Shown one piece after another: positions 52,552 to 62,470 of a DNA stretch of 64,000 nt. Under the pieces are notes generated by a model. That model saw only the letters and a list, made by a program, of their open reading frames with translations, did not search any database and was not told the origin of the DNA. A program made the position numbers and the translations under genes. Position 1 is the first letter of the stretch. Every line of letters begins with the position of its first letter. The DNA is from Candidatus Latescibacterota bacterium. Lineage in GTDB: Bacteria > Latescibacterota > UBA2968. Location: NCBI GenBank assembly GCA_965116885.1, contig OZ220741.1, forward strand, positions 480,001 through 544,000, read 5' to 3'.

Positions 52552-53084
52552 TGGCACAAATAGAACTCCCTCTCGTGAAAAGCGATCCCAAAGACATTGA
52601 AGAACTGCGCGAAGAGGTCGGTCCCCTGGTACACATGGACCTGCTGGAAAACCTGCTCAATCACGCCCGGTCTCGATCCCTGTGGCCCCTCACATTCGGC
52701 CTGGCGTGTTGCGCCATCGAAATGATGGCTGCAGGTGCAGCGCGCTTTGACCTCGACCGCATTGGCGCAGGCGTCTTTCGCCCCAGCGCGAGACAAGCCG
52801 ATGTCATGATTCTCGCAGGCACAATCTCCCGCAAAATGGCGACACCCATCAAAACGCTCTGGGACCAGATGCCCTCGCCAAAATGGGCCATAGCCATGGG
52901 TGGCTGCACCATCGATGGCGGTCCCTTCAAATATCCCGGACAATATGCCATTGTCGAAGGCGCAGACAAAATTGTGCCCGTTGATGTGTACGTACCAGGT
53001 TGCCCCCCGCGCCCTGAAGCGCTCTTTGCCGCACTGTTCAAACTCGAAGAAAAAATCCGAGCCGGAAAGAAATTCAATAAATGA
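52551..53084 (+). CDS. nuoB: NADH-quinone oxidoreductase subunit B
   Basis: [32 protein letters not shown]. Confidence 0.96.
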   Translation: MAQIELPLVKSDPKDIEELREEVGPLVHMDLLENLLNHARSRSLWPLTFGLACCAIEMMAAGAARFDLDRIGAGVFRPSARQADVMILAGTISRKMATPIKTLWDQMPSPKWAIAMGGCTIDGGPFKYPGQYAIVEGADKIVPVDVYVPGCPPRPEALFAALFKLEEKIRAGKKFNK

Positions 53085-53539
53085 TCGCCGACAAACTCTC
53101 TTCACTCCTGCTCGACGCAACCGAGGTTCAATACGACGCGCGTGGCTTCCATGTACAACACACCACTTCAGCCGACACGCTCCCTCAGATCGCAGATGTC
53201 TTCCTATCCGAAAATTTTCACCTCGAAATGATAACCTGTCAGGACCGACGCGAAAACGACAACACTTTTCGTCTGATTTACCAGTTTAACCAATACGGCA
53301 CGCCCCAACGGCATATCATCCACGCCGACATAGCCCCCGATGCAACAGCACCCAGTATTGCCACAATCTTTCCCGCTGCCGACTGGTACGAACGCGAAAT
53401 TTTCGACATGTATGGCGTCAGCTTTGACGGCCATCCCGATTTGAAACGCATCTTAATGGAAGAAGATTATTTTGGTCATCCCCTGCTCAAAGACTTCGTC
53501 GATCCCCCCAATCCCTATCGCAGTGAGGACGACGCGTAA
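53081..53539 (+). CDS. nuoC: NADH-quinone oxidoreductase subunit C
   Basis: [32 protein letters not shown]. Confidence 0.93.
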   Translation: MIADKLSSLLLDATEVQYDARGFHVQHTTSADTLPQIADVFLSENFHLEMITCQDRRENDNTFRLIYQFNQYGTPQRHIIHADIAPDATAPSIATIFPAADWYEREIFDMYGVSFDGHPDLKRILMEEDYFGHPLLKDFVDPPNPYRSEDDA

Positions 53540-53608
53540 GGCTTTATCCGCAGATGGACGCAGATAAAATCAAAGTATTCGCAAATACACGCGGATGAAA
53601 GGTGCTTA

Positions 53609-54739
53609 ATGAACAGCCGATATGAGGTCGAACAAGATCCAAAAAGTCGAGATACCTATTATCTCAACATGGGTCCTCAGCATCCCTCTACACACGGCGT
53701 CATGCGCATCAAACTGCACCTGGATGGCGAACGGATAATTTCAGCAGAACCCATCATCGGGTATGGGCATCGCGCACACGAAAAAATGGCCGAAAACCGC
53801 GACTACATCCAGTTCTTGCCCAATCCCAGTCGCGTAGATTACCTCGGCGGCATGATCTACAACATAGGCTATTGTCAAGCCGTAGAACGCGCGATGAACA
53901 TCGAAGTGCCTGAACGCGCCGAATACATCCGCATCATCTGCAATGAACTCAACCGCATCTCCAGCCACCTGCTCTGGCTGGGCACCTTCTTGATGGACCT
54001 GGGTGCATTTACCCCATTTCTCTACGCCTTTGACGACCGCGAAAAAATCCTCGACATCCTCGACCGCATCACCGGATCGCGCCTCACCTATTGCTACGCG
54101 CGATTTGGCGGCGTCATTCTCGACATCGACGATATATTCCTCGACAACGTCTCCAACTTTTGCACCTACTTTCTCGAACGCTTAAAAGAATACGAAAAAC
54201 TCGTCATCGGCAACGTCATCTTCCGCGAACGCACCATCGGCGTCGGTATCTTCGCCCCCGACCTCGTTCAAAAATACGCCATAACAGGTCCCTGTCTGCG
54301 CGCCATGGGCCATAAACACGATGTTCGCAGAGACGAACCTTATGGCATCTACGACCGCTTTGACTTTGACGTACCCACACAAACAGAAGGCGACTGCTTT
54401 GCCCGCACACTCGTTCGCATGGAAGAAATGCGCCAGAGCATTCGCATCGTCGAACAAGCCGTAAGCGACGTGCCCGACGGCCTCTTTCTCGCAGCCCGGG
54501 TGCCCAGACGCATTCGCCCGCCCGAAGGCGACTATTACTTCTGCGTTGAATCACCCCGGGGCAATTTCGGCATGTACATCGCAAGTGACGGCAGCGACAT
54601 CCCTTTTCGCCTCAAATTGCGAACCCCATCTTTTTCACACATCTCGACCATGCCCGCCGTCATGGCCGGTACCATGCTCGCCGATGCTGTAGCTATTTTA
54701 GGCAGTATCGATATTGTCGTACCCGAAATAGACAGATAA
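53609..54739 (+). CDS. nuoD: NADH-quinone oxidoreductase subunit D
   Basis: NMGPQHPSTHGV, RVDY, ELNRISSHL, ESPRG, EIDR; no Ni-binding CxxC. Confidence 0.96.
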   Translation: MNSRYEVEQDPKSRDTYYLNMGPQHPSTHGVMRIKLHLDGERIISAEPIIGYGHRAHEKMAENRDYIQFLPNPSRVDYLGGMIYNIGYCQAVERAMNIEVPERAEYIRIICNELNRISSHLLWLGTFLMDLGAFTPFLYAFDDREKILDILDRITGSRLTYCYARFGGVILDIDDIFLDNVSNFCTYFLERLKEYEKLVIGNVIFRERTIGVGIFAPDLVQKYAITGPCLRAMGHKHDVRRDEPYGIYDRFDFDVPTQTEGDCFARTLVRMEEMRQSIRIVEQAVSDVPDGLFLAARVPRRIRPPEGDYYFCVESPRGNFGMYIASDGSDIPFRLKLRTPSFSHISTMPAVMAGTMLADAVAILGSIDIVVPEIDR

Positions 54740-54746
54740 CGCACTT

Positions 54747-55721
54747 ATGAAAACAGACGTCATCCAACTCTTTGAAAACCCCTATCTCGCGCTCGGTGTG
54801 ACCATTGCCGTCATCATGGCCTATTTGAGTGTCAACGCCATCATGTTGATCTGGCTCGAACGCAAACTCAGCGCACGCATACAGCGCCGCATTGGCCCGC
54901 AGCGCGGACCCTTTGGCCTGATGCAGCAAATTTTTGACATGGGAAAATTGCTCAGCAAAGAACTCCTCACCCCCGAACACGCCAACAAACTGCTCTATGT
55001 CATTGCGCCCATCCTGGTCTTTGCACCCGTCGTCGCCCTCTCGTCCCTCTTTCCCATAACGAGTACCTACATATTCCACGACTTCAACATCGCCATTGTC
55101 CTGATCCTCGCCATCAGCGGCATCAACGTAATCGGCATATTCTTAGCAGGCTGGGGATCCAATAACAAATACGCCCTGCTCGGCGCCGTGCGCTCAGTCG
55201 CGCAAAATATCTCCTACGAAATCCCCCTCATCCTATCGGTCATTCCCATCGTCATGATAACCCGCACCATGTCGCTCTACGACATCACCCTCGCACAGGA
55301 AACCTATCCCTTTATACTGGTACAACCTATTGCCCTGATCATCTTTATCATATCAGCCACAGCCGAAACCAATCGCGCCCCCTTTGACATCCCCGAAGCG
55401 GAATCCGAACTCGTCGCCGGATTTCACACCGAATATTCCGGCATGCGCTTTGGCCTGTTCTTCTTTGCCGAATACTCCAACATGATCTTTGCATGCGCAT
55501 TGGCAACCGTGCTCTTCCTGGGGGGATGGCGTGGACCTTTCCTGCCAGACGCCGTATGGTTCTTCATCAAAGTCTATGCACTCATCGTCCTCATGATGTG
55601 GTTCCGCTGGACTTTTCCGCGGCTCCGGTTTGACCAACTCATGAAATTCGCCTGGGTGGTACTCGTCCCCCTCTCGCTGATCAACCTGCTAATCACAACA
55701 CTGGTCTTGAAGATCGTTTAG
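54747..55721 (+). CDS. nuoH: NADH-quinone oxidoreductase subunit H
   Basis: ERK..A.IQ.R.GP, SNNKYALLG, AETNRAPFD.PEAESEL..G..TEYSG, PRLRFDQLM. Confidence 0.96.
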   Translation: MKTDVIQLFENPYLALGVTIAVIMAYLSVNAIMLIWLERKLSARIQRRIGPQRGPFGLMQQIFDMGKLLSKELLTPEHANKLLYVIAPILVFAPVVALSSLFPITSTYIFHDFNIAIVLILAISGINVIGIFLAGWGSNNKYALLGAVRSVAQNISYEIPLILSVIPIVMITRTMSLYDITLAQETYPFILVQPIALIIFIISATAETNRAPFDIPEAESELVAGFHTEYSGMRFGLFFFAEYSNMIFACALATVLFLGGWRGPFLPDAVWFFIKVYALIVLMMWFRWTFPRLRFDQLMKFAWVVLVPLSLINLLITTLVLKIV

Positions 55722-55740
55722 AACTTTCAAGGAAAATCCC

Positions 55741-56280
55741 ATGGCACTCATAAAAGAAATCCTCGACGGCACCAAAACGCTCCTGACCGGCATGAAAGTC
55801 ACACTGGACAACTTCCGCAAACCGCCCGTCACTTCGCAATACCCCATGGAAAAAATCGAGATGACAGAAGCGTTTCGCAATGTCATTGTCCTCATCGAAA
55901 AAGAAGACATAGGCTCGCATGACTGCATCGACTGCAAACTCTGTGAGCGCGTATGCCCCTCCTTCTGCATTTACCTCGACGGGGAACGCCCCGAAGGGTT
56001 AAGGCGCAAACGCTCGACCAAATTCGAAGTCGATTTTGCCCTGTGCAGCGACTGCGGACTGTGCTTAGACGTATGCCCTACAGACACCCTGGGATACAGC
56101 AAAGTCCACGACGAAGCCGGATACAATCGCAGCGACTTTCTCTACGACTTACTCGAACCCTGGGCAGACAAAGAAGAAGCCGCGCGCGAACGCCTGAAAG
56201 AAATCGAAGCCGAACAAGCCGCAGAACGCGCCAGAAAAGCCGCAGCAAAAAAAGCGAAAAAGGTAAGACGCGAGAAGTAA
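55741..56280 (+). CDS. nuoI: NADH-quinone oxidoreductase subunit I
   Basis: CIDCKLCERVCP and CSDCGLCLDVCP (two [4Fe-4S] sites); charged C-terminal tail. Confidence 0.92.
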   Translation: MALIKEILDGTKTLLTGMKVTLDNFRKPPVTSQYPMEKIEMTEAFRNVIVLIEKEDIGSHDCIDCKLCERVCPSFCIYLDGERPEGLRRKRSTKFEVDFALCSDCGLCLDVCPTDTLGYSKVHDEAGYNRSDFLYDLLEPWADKEEAARERLKEIEAEQAAERARKAAAKKAKKVRREK

Positions 56281-56293
56281 ACGGAGAACAACA

Positions 56294-56794
56294 ATGCTCG
56301 AACAGGCTGCCATCTACACATTTGTAGCCCTCGTCCTTATCGGTGGGGGCCTCGCGGCATTCTCTCGCCAGATACTCTACGCCATCATCGGTCTGGGCAT
56401 CAGCCTCCTGGGACTGGCGGGACTATTTCTCAACCTCGGCAGTCCATTTGTCGCGGCAATGCAGGTACTCATCTACATCGGCGGCATAACCGTTGCCATT
56501 GTATTTGCCATGATGCTCTCAATAGCCATGTCCATTCGCCCGCCCGACCCCGACGCCCGAAAACTCGGCTTCGCCATAGCCTGTGCCGTTATCTTCTTTG
56601 GCGCAGTTGCCCATCTGGTTCGCGGCGCGCAATTCCACCAAATCGCGCCCCAGACATCTGAAAAAGCCTGGTCTGTGGGCGCGTTGGGCCATGCACTGCT
56701 CACGCATTACAACGTCGTCTTTGAAGCCCTCTCCCTCGTTTTGCTCCTGGCCATCATCGGTGCCATCTTGATTGCCCGCAAGGCTTCAACATGA
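56294..56794 (+). CDS. nuoJ: NADH-quinone oxidoreductase subunit J
   Basis: QVLIYIGGI.V...FAMML, FEALS..LL.A.IGA. Confidence 0.92.
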   Translation: MLEQAAIYTFVALVLIGGGLAAFSRQILYAIIGLGISLLGLAGLFLNLGSPFVAAMQVLIYIGGITVAIVFAMMLSIAMSIRPPDPDARKLGFAIACAVIFFGAVAHLVRGAQFHQIAPQTSEKAWSVGALGHALLTHYNVVFEALSLVLLLAIIGAILIARKAST

Positions 56795-56796
56795 TC

Positions 56797-56915
56797 GAAT
56801 AGACGAATAGACGAACCCCGCCCTGCCACCCAACGGGCGGGCACAGGGGCACCGCCCCTACATTGATGAACTATCCCGAATCAGTTGTACCCTGTTCCGT
56901 AGATTCGTAGATTCG
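56797..56915. repeat. Composite REP-containing element, copy 2, with flanking octamer repeats, inside the nuoJ-nuoK spacer
   Basis: Matches 3202-3310; flanked by (cgaataga)x2 and (tagattcg)x2. Confidence 0.85.
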
Positions 56916-56944
56916 TTACTGTATTTTTGAAAAGGACCACTTAC

Positions 56945-57250
56945 TTGACCCTCGAATCTTATCTCCTGGTGGGCGCTGCCTTGTTTTCACTCGGTTTGAT
57001 CGGCGCACTATCCCACCGCAACCTCATAGCCCTGCTCATCGGCATCGAACTCATGATGAATGCCGCCAGCTTAAACCTGATGGCCTTTAACCGGTTTGTC
57101 GTCACCGATCCAACGACCGGCCAGATCTTTGTCCTCATCATCATTGGGCTGGCAGCCGCCGAAGTCGCTATCTTTTTATCGATCATCCTGCGCATCTATC
57201 GGGCATACCACGATATTGATGCGGAAAAACTCACCAAACTGAGCGGTTGA
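56945..57250 (+). CDS. nuoK: NADH-quinone oxidoreductase subunit K
   Basis: RNLI..L..IELMMNA, GQIF....AAAEVA; TTG start at 56945 with SD AAGGA. Confidence 0.92.
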   Translation: MTLESYLLVGAALFSLGLIGALSHRNLIALLIGIELMMNAASLNLMAFNRFVVTDPTTGQIFVLIIIGLAAAEVAIFLSIILRIYRAYHDIDAEKLTKLSG

Positions 57251-59073
57251 TGGACACTCTTACACTCATACTCTTAACGACAATCTCCCCCCTGGCGTGT
57301 TTTATCATCGCCATCATCTTTCTCATACAACAACCCAAAGCCGCTCAGGGATTGGTCCTGTTCGGCAGCGTGGTATCCCTCTTGAGCGCCATTGGCCTCC
57401 TCGTACAGGGACCCGTTGAACCCCTGCGATTTTTGTGGTTTCAAAGCGGTGCAATACAACTCCAATTCGGCTTCATCCTCGACGGTCCAAGCCTCATGTT
57501 TGGCGTCGTCGTCGCCTTCATCACCGCCTGCATCATGCTCTATTCAGTAGGCTACATGGCGCAAGACCCGGGCAAAACACGCTATTTCGCAATGCTCAGT
57601 TTCTTTGCCTGGTCCATGCTCAGCTTTGTCTATGCCGTCGATCTCCTGCAATCTTTCATCTTTTGGGAACTCGTCGGCCTGTCTTCGTTCTTCCTCATCG
57701 GTTTCTGGTTTGAAAAACCCGAAGCAGCCGCAGCCGCGCGCAAAGCCTTTCTCATGACCCGCGTGGGCGACGTCGGCCTCTTCATCGGCATTTTGCTCAT
57801 CCTCCAACTCGTTCACAGCTTCGATATTCCCACCCTCTTAGACCCTCAAACTGGCCTCTCAACACAAATATCGCCGAGTCTGCTCAACGCAATCGCGCTA
57901 CTCATCTTCATCGGCATCATGGGCAAAAGCGCGCAATTCCCATTGCACACCTGGCTACCCGACGCCATGGAAGGACCCACCCCGGTCAGCGCCCTGTTGC
58001 ACTCTGCCACCATGGTCGCCGCGGGCGTCTTTCTCATGATCCGCCTGCACCCGCTCTTTATGGCGGCGCAAGACACAGCACTCATCGTACTGGGCATCGC
58101 CACCTTCACCGCAATCCTCGCATCGACCATTGCAATGGTCGATACCGACATCAAAAAAGTACTCGCCTACTCGTCCATCAGCCAACTCGGCTTCATGCTC
58201 ATGGCACTCGCTGCTGGCAGCCTCTTCGCCGGCGTATTTCACCTGATCACCCACGCCTTCTTCAAAGCCCTGCTCTTCCTCTGCTCGGGCATTTACATTC
58301 ACGCCTACCACACCAACAGCATGGCCGAAATTGGTCGCAGTGGAGGCCGCCGCCTCAAAGCTGCAACCCTTGGCCTCATCATCGGTGGCGCTGCCCTATC
58401 GGGCGTTCCCCCACTGGCGGGATTTTGGAGCAAAGAAGAAATTTTTGCCCAACTCGGTCACAATGGCTTTAACATCTACATGGCCGGTGCATTTCTCGCG
58501 GCCTTCCTCACCGCCTATTACACATTCCGCATGATTTTCCTCATCACAAAACCCGATCAAACACCTGCCTCCGACCACAGCCATCCCGAACCCATGAACA
58601 TGAAAGCACCCGTCTTGCTCCTCACCCTGGGTGCAATCATACTCGGCTTTTTTGGCGCCAGCATTGCTGAGGGTCTCGGTCTCATACCACAACACCACAG
58701 CGTCATCCTGATGATCCCCACCGTAGGCGTCGTCATCCTCGGCATCCTGATCGCCTATCTCGACTATGGACGCGACAACGCGCCGCGCGCGGGATTCATC
58801 AGCAAAATCGCACCCCTCAACACCCTCTTCACAAACAAATGGTACATCGACGAAGTCTATCGCATCACCATCGTCGCCATCACCCACGCACTATCTCGCA
58901 TCTTGCACTGGATTGAAAACCACGTCCTCGACGGAAACTACGACCGCTTTGGCCTCGGCATCTTGCGCACCGGCGCGAAATCAACCCGCGTACAGGGCGG
59001 CTGGATGCAACTCTATCTGGGCTGGGCGATCATCTTATTAGCCGTAGTCGCGCTTTACCTCGGATTGCGATAA
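57250..59073 (+). CDS. nuoL: NADH-quinone oxidoreductase subunit L
   Basis: WELVGLSS, KSAQFPLHTWLPDAMEGPTPVSALLHSATMV, HAFFKALLF. Confidence 0.96.
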   Translation: MDTLTLILLTTISPLACFIIAIIFLIQQPKAAQGLVLFGSVVSLLSAIGLLVQGPVEPLRFLWFQSGAIQLQFGFILDGPSLMFGVVVAFITACIMLYSVGYMAQDPGKTRYFAMLSFFAWSMLSFVYAVDLLQSFIFWELVGLSSFFLIGFWFEKPEAAAAARKAFLMTRVGDVGLFIGILLILQLVHSFDIPTLLDPQTGLSTQISPSLLNAIALLIFIGIMGKSAQFPLHTWLPDAMEGPTPVSALLHSATMVAAGVFLMIRLHPLFMAAQDTALIVLGIATFTAILASTIAMVDTDIKKVLAYSSISQLGFMLMALAAGSLFAGVFHLITHAFFKALLFLCSGIYIHAYHTNSMAEIGRSGGRRLKAATLGLIIGGAALSGVPPLAGFWSKEEIFAQLGHNGFNIYMAGAFLAAFLTAYYTFRMIFLITKPDQTPASDHSHPEPMNMKAPVLLLTLGAIILGFFGASIAEGLGLIPQHHSVILMIPTVGVVILGILIAYLDYGRDNAPRAGFISKIAPLNTLFTNKWYIDEVYRITIVAITHALSRILHWIENHVLDGNYDRFGLGILRTGAKSTRVQGGWMQLYLGWAIILLAVVALYLGLR

Positions 59074-59076
59074 AAT

Positions 59077-60552
59077 ATGCCACTTCTCTCATCCATACTT
59101 CTCACCCCCGTCATCACCCTCATCATCCTTTTGCTCATGCCCCAAAGGGCCGTGCGGGGTATCCGGCTAATATGCGCCCTCAGCGGTCTTTTGACCTGTG
59201 TGCTGAGTCTGCAACTCTGGACGAGCTATGATCCCACAACCAGCGGCATTCAATTTGAAGAACTGATCCCCTGGGTCGCAGCCATTGGCATCTCCTATCA
59301 CCTCGGCGTTGACGGATTTGGCGTTATCCTCGTCATGCTCAATTCCATCGTCTATTTCACCGGGGTACTCACCATGTGGGACCTCGAAGAGCGCGTCAAA
59401 GAATATTTCGCCTTCATGGTACTCCTCGTCTTCGGCGTCTTCGGCGTCTTCATGTCGCTGGACCTCTTCTTCTTCTTTTTCTTTTACGAAATCGCCGTCG
59501 TACCCATGTACCCCCTCATCCTGATATGGGGCAGCGGCAACAGAGCTTATGCCGGGATGAAACTCATGCTCTTCCTCCTCGCCGGCAGCGCGCTCCTCTT
59601 TCCCGGCCTACTCGCCATCTATCACCACGCGGGCCTCAACACCTTTGACATCATTGCCCTATCCGCACACACATTCGATCCACAATTCCAAATATTTGTC
59701 TATCCCTTCATCTACGTCGGCTTTGGCGTCTTAGCTGGCCTGTTCCCCTTCCACGGCTGGTCGCCCACAGGCCACGTTGCTGCGCCATCTGCGGTATCCA
59801 TGCTACACGCGGGCGTCCTGATGAAACTCGGCGCATTTGGCATACTCACAGTCGGCATTCGCCTGCTACCCGAAGGCGCTGCGTACTGGGCACCGACCTT
59901 CGTGGTATTGGCCGTCATCGGAATCATCTACGGAGCTTATGTCGCCATGCGGCAGACCGACTTCAAATTTGTCATCGGCTTCTCATCTGTATCTCACATG
60001 GGCATCGTCCTCCTCGGCCTCAACCTCGCGGTCCTCGGCTCAGTCGTAGCTATCGACGCCCTCAACGGCGCTGTCTTCCAGATGTTTGCCCACGGCATCA
60101 TGACCGCCCTGTTTTTCAGCACCGCGGGATATATCTACGACAAATCCCACTCCAAAACCATTGGTGACTTTGGCGGTCTTGGCAAACAGATGCCCCGCGC
60201 AGTCTCCATCTTCATCGTCGCGGGCCTGTGTGGTGCCGGGTTACCCGGCCTGGCGAGCTTTTGGGCTGAATTACTCGTCTTCCTCGCCGCCTTAAAAACG
60301 TACCCCATCGCCGGTATCATCGTCATCCTGGGCCTCGTACTCACCGCGGTTTACATCATGCGCGTCTTCAATCTGGCCTTTTTTGGCGCACCAAATCCAA
60401 AATGGGAAAATCTGAAAGCACAGGACATGTCTGGCCTGCACCTGATACCGCGCGCCATACTAATCGCCGTACTCGTAATCTTCGGCTTTGTACCCCGCCT
60501 CATGCTCGACCTGATCAACAGCACGACAATAGCTTTCTTGGGTAATTTCTAA
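59077..60552 (+). CDS. nuoM: NADH-quinone oxidoreductase subunit M
   Basis: LGVDG, FFYE, FPFHGWSP..H..AP, LMKLG, SSVSHMG, QMFAHG, F.AE. Confidence 0.94.
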   Translation: MPLLSSILLTPVITLIILLLMPQRAVRGIRLICALSGLLTCVLSLQLWTSYDPTTSGIQFEELIPWVAAIGISYHLGVDGFGVILVMLNSIVYFTGVLTMWDLEERVKEYFAFMVLLVFGVFGVFMSLDLFFFFFFYEIAVVPMYPLILIWGSGNRAYAGMKLMLFLLAGSALLFPGLLAIYHHAGLNTFDIIALSAHTFDPQFQIFVYPFIYVGFGVLAGLFPFHGWSPTGHVAAPSAVSMLHAGVLMKLGAFGILTVGIRLLPEGAAYWAPTFVVLAVIGIIYGAYVAMRQTDFKFVIGFSSVSHMGIVLLGLNLAVLGSVVAIDALNGAVFQMFAHGIMTALFFSTAGYIYDKSHSKTIGDFGGLGKQMPRAVSIFIVAGLCGAGLPGLASFWAELLVFLAALKTYPIAGIIVILGLVLTAVYIMRVFNLAFFGAPNPKWENLKAQDMSGLHLIPRAILIAVLVIFGFVPRLMLDLINSTTIAFLGNF

Positions 60553-60553
60553 C

Positions 60554-61978
60554 ATGGAAAACGCTATCCTCTTCGCGCCAGAACTCATTTGCCTGACCAT
60601 GGGCCTCGTGCTCTTCTTCTGCACAGTGCTCAACCGGTCCTATCGCACCACCCGGGGCATTGCCATAGCATCCGGTATAGCCATGATCGCCGCCTGTCTC
60701 TGGACTCTACCCCTTGAAGGCGAACCCTTCTTCCCGGGCATATACGCGGTTGACTTCTTTTCTCAACTGATCAAAACAGCACTCGCAGTCGGATTCCTAT
60801 TTGTCGTCATCGCCAGTGCCAACCCCCTCACAGTTGACCGCACTGGTTGGCTCGAGGTCCCTCTCTTCTTCATCTTTTCCACACTCGGCATGATGATGAT
60901 GGTCAGCGCGACCGAACTCCTCACCCTCTATGTCGCTATGGAACTGGCCGCCTACCCCGTCTATATCGTCGTTGCCCTTCACCGCAATTCGGACATCGGC
61001 GGAGAAAGCGCCGCCAAATACATGGTACAGGGCATGGCAGCCTCGGCCATCTCGCTCTACGGCATGAGCTTCCTCTTCGGCACATTTGGCTCCACCTACT
61101 TCGCCGCCATCAGCATCCCACACGCCGCTGCGCAACCCATCTTCTACCTGGGCCTATTGCTCACACTCGCTGGCTTCTTCTTCAAGCTCGGCGCATTCCC
61201 CTTCCACTTTTGGGCACCCGACACCTATGAAACCGCGCCCCATCCAGTGATCACATTCATCGCCACCGTTTCCAAAATCGCCGCCATCGGCATCCTCTGC
61301 CGCCTGTTATCCCTCGCCATGCCCGGTGGCTGGGAATCGGGCCACGCCCAAACCGCGCTCATGTGGGCAAGCGTCATCGCAATGAGCCTGGGCAACCTGG
61401 CCGCACTCGCGCAAAAAGACCTCAAACGCCTGCTCGGTTATTCCACAGTCGCCCACGCCGGTTACGTACTCCTCGCCCTTCAAACCTTCGCCGAATGGGG
61501 TCTTACCGCTGCTCTCTTTTACGCCATTGGCTACTTTGCCATGTCCTTTGCGTGCTTCCTCGTCATCTGTGAAATCGGTCGCAGCGAAGACCGCATCACC
61601 ATCGACTCCGTATCCGGCCTTTACAAACGCGCGCCATTCCTCTCCTTCACCTTGCTCATCGGCCTGTTTGGCCTCATTGGCCTCCCCCCCACTGTGGGCT
61701 TTGTCGGCAAATGGTTCCTCTTTTCTGCCGCCCTCCAACACGGTCAATTCTATCTCGTCCTCATCGCAGCCATCAACGCCGCAGTTGCCCTGTATTATTA
61801 TCTCCTCATCATCCGCCAACTCTACTGGGTAGAACCCTCCACACAGAACACCATCAAACCCACGCCCCTCATCGCCGTCACCGCAATGGCGACCATCATC
61901 CTCGTAATCGCAATGGGCACGGTCCCCGGTCCCTTCTGGGACATGGCCGCACGCGCCGCACGCGCACTGATCAGTTGA
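60554..61978 (+). CDS. nuoN: NADH-quinone oxidoreductase subunit N
   Basis: ESAAKY, FKLGAFPFHFWAPDTYE, KRLLGYSTVAHAGY, GLPPT.GF.GK. Confidence 0.95.
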   Translation: MENAILFAPELICLTMGLVLFFCTVLNRSYRTTRGIAIASGIAMIAACLWTLPLEGEPFFPGIYAVDFFSQLIKTALAVGFLFVVIASANPLTVDRTGWLEVPLFFIFSTLGMMMMVSATELLTLYVAMELAAYPVYIVVALHRNSDIGGESAAKYMVQGMAASAISLYGMSFLFGTFGSTYFAAISIPHAAAQPIFYLGLLLTLAGFFFKLGAFPFHFWAPDTYETAPHPVITFIATVSKIAAIGILCRLLSLAMPGGWESGHAQTALMWASVIAMSLGNLAALAQKDLKRLLGYSTVAHAGYVLLALQTFAEWGLTAALFYAIGYFAMSFACFLVICEIGRSEDRITIDSVSGLYKRAPFLSFTLLIGLFGLIGLPPTVGFVGKWFLFSAALQHGQFYLVLIAAINAAVALYYYLLIIRQLYWVEPSTQNTIKPTPLIAVTAMATIILVIAMGTVPGPFWDMAARAARALIS

Positions 61979-62053
61979 TGTTTTAAGAAAAATATTTACC
62001 AAAATTAAATTTGTCTTATATTCTGTTACGCAATCATTCAACTAAAAAGAGAT

Positions 62054-62368
62054 ATGGCAATGGAAACGATTGCTAAAAATAAAAACGCCACTGCTAAACA
62101 GGATCAACCGAAAGGAGACAGAGCAATGGACGCTGACACCACAAATAACAACACTGAACAGAGCCAACGGATAACAATCCTTGAGACGAACCTGGAATTT
62201 ATCAAAGAACAGCTTTCAGATGTGAAACAGGACTTAAAAGACCTCAAGCAAGGGCAAGAAAATATTGAAGCGCGGCTCAATAGCCGGATTGACGATTTGA
62301 TAAAATGGTATGTTCCCACAACGGTTGTTGCGCTATTGCTTTTCGCTGCTGTCATGAAGTATCTGTAA
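62054..62368 (+). CDS. Small coiled-coil protein with C-terminal TM helix (alternative start 62126)
   Basis: Heptad pattern IKEQLSDVKQDLKDLKQG..IEARLNSRIDDL followed by a hydrophobic tail; SD AAGGAG before 62126. Confidence 0.6.
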   Translation: MAMETIAKNKNATAKQDQPKGDRAMDADTTNNNTEQSQRITILETNLEFIKEQLSDVKQDLKDLKQGQENIEARLNSRIDDLIKWYVPTTVVALLLFAAVMKYL

Positions 62369-62390
62369 TATGGAATCATAGACATTACCC

Positions 62391-62435
62391 AAAAAAAAGA
62401 ACCCGCAATCGTTCGGTGATTGCGGGTTCTTTTTT
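62391..62435. terminator. Bidirectional intrinsic terminator
   Basis: A8-gaacccgcaatc-loop-gattgcgggttc-T6. Confidence 0.85.
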
Positions 62436-62470
62436 GTTCGCACATCCGATAATTTTGTCATCATTCAAAA

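Noticed and set aside
53609..54739. Group 4 [NiFe]-hydrogenase large subunit
   Set aside because: No N- or C-terminal CxxC Ni ligands; quinone-site motifs of NuoD are present
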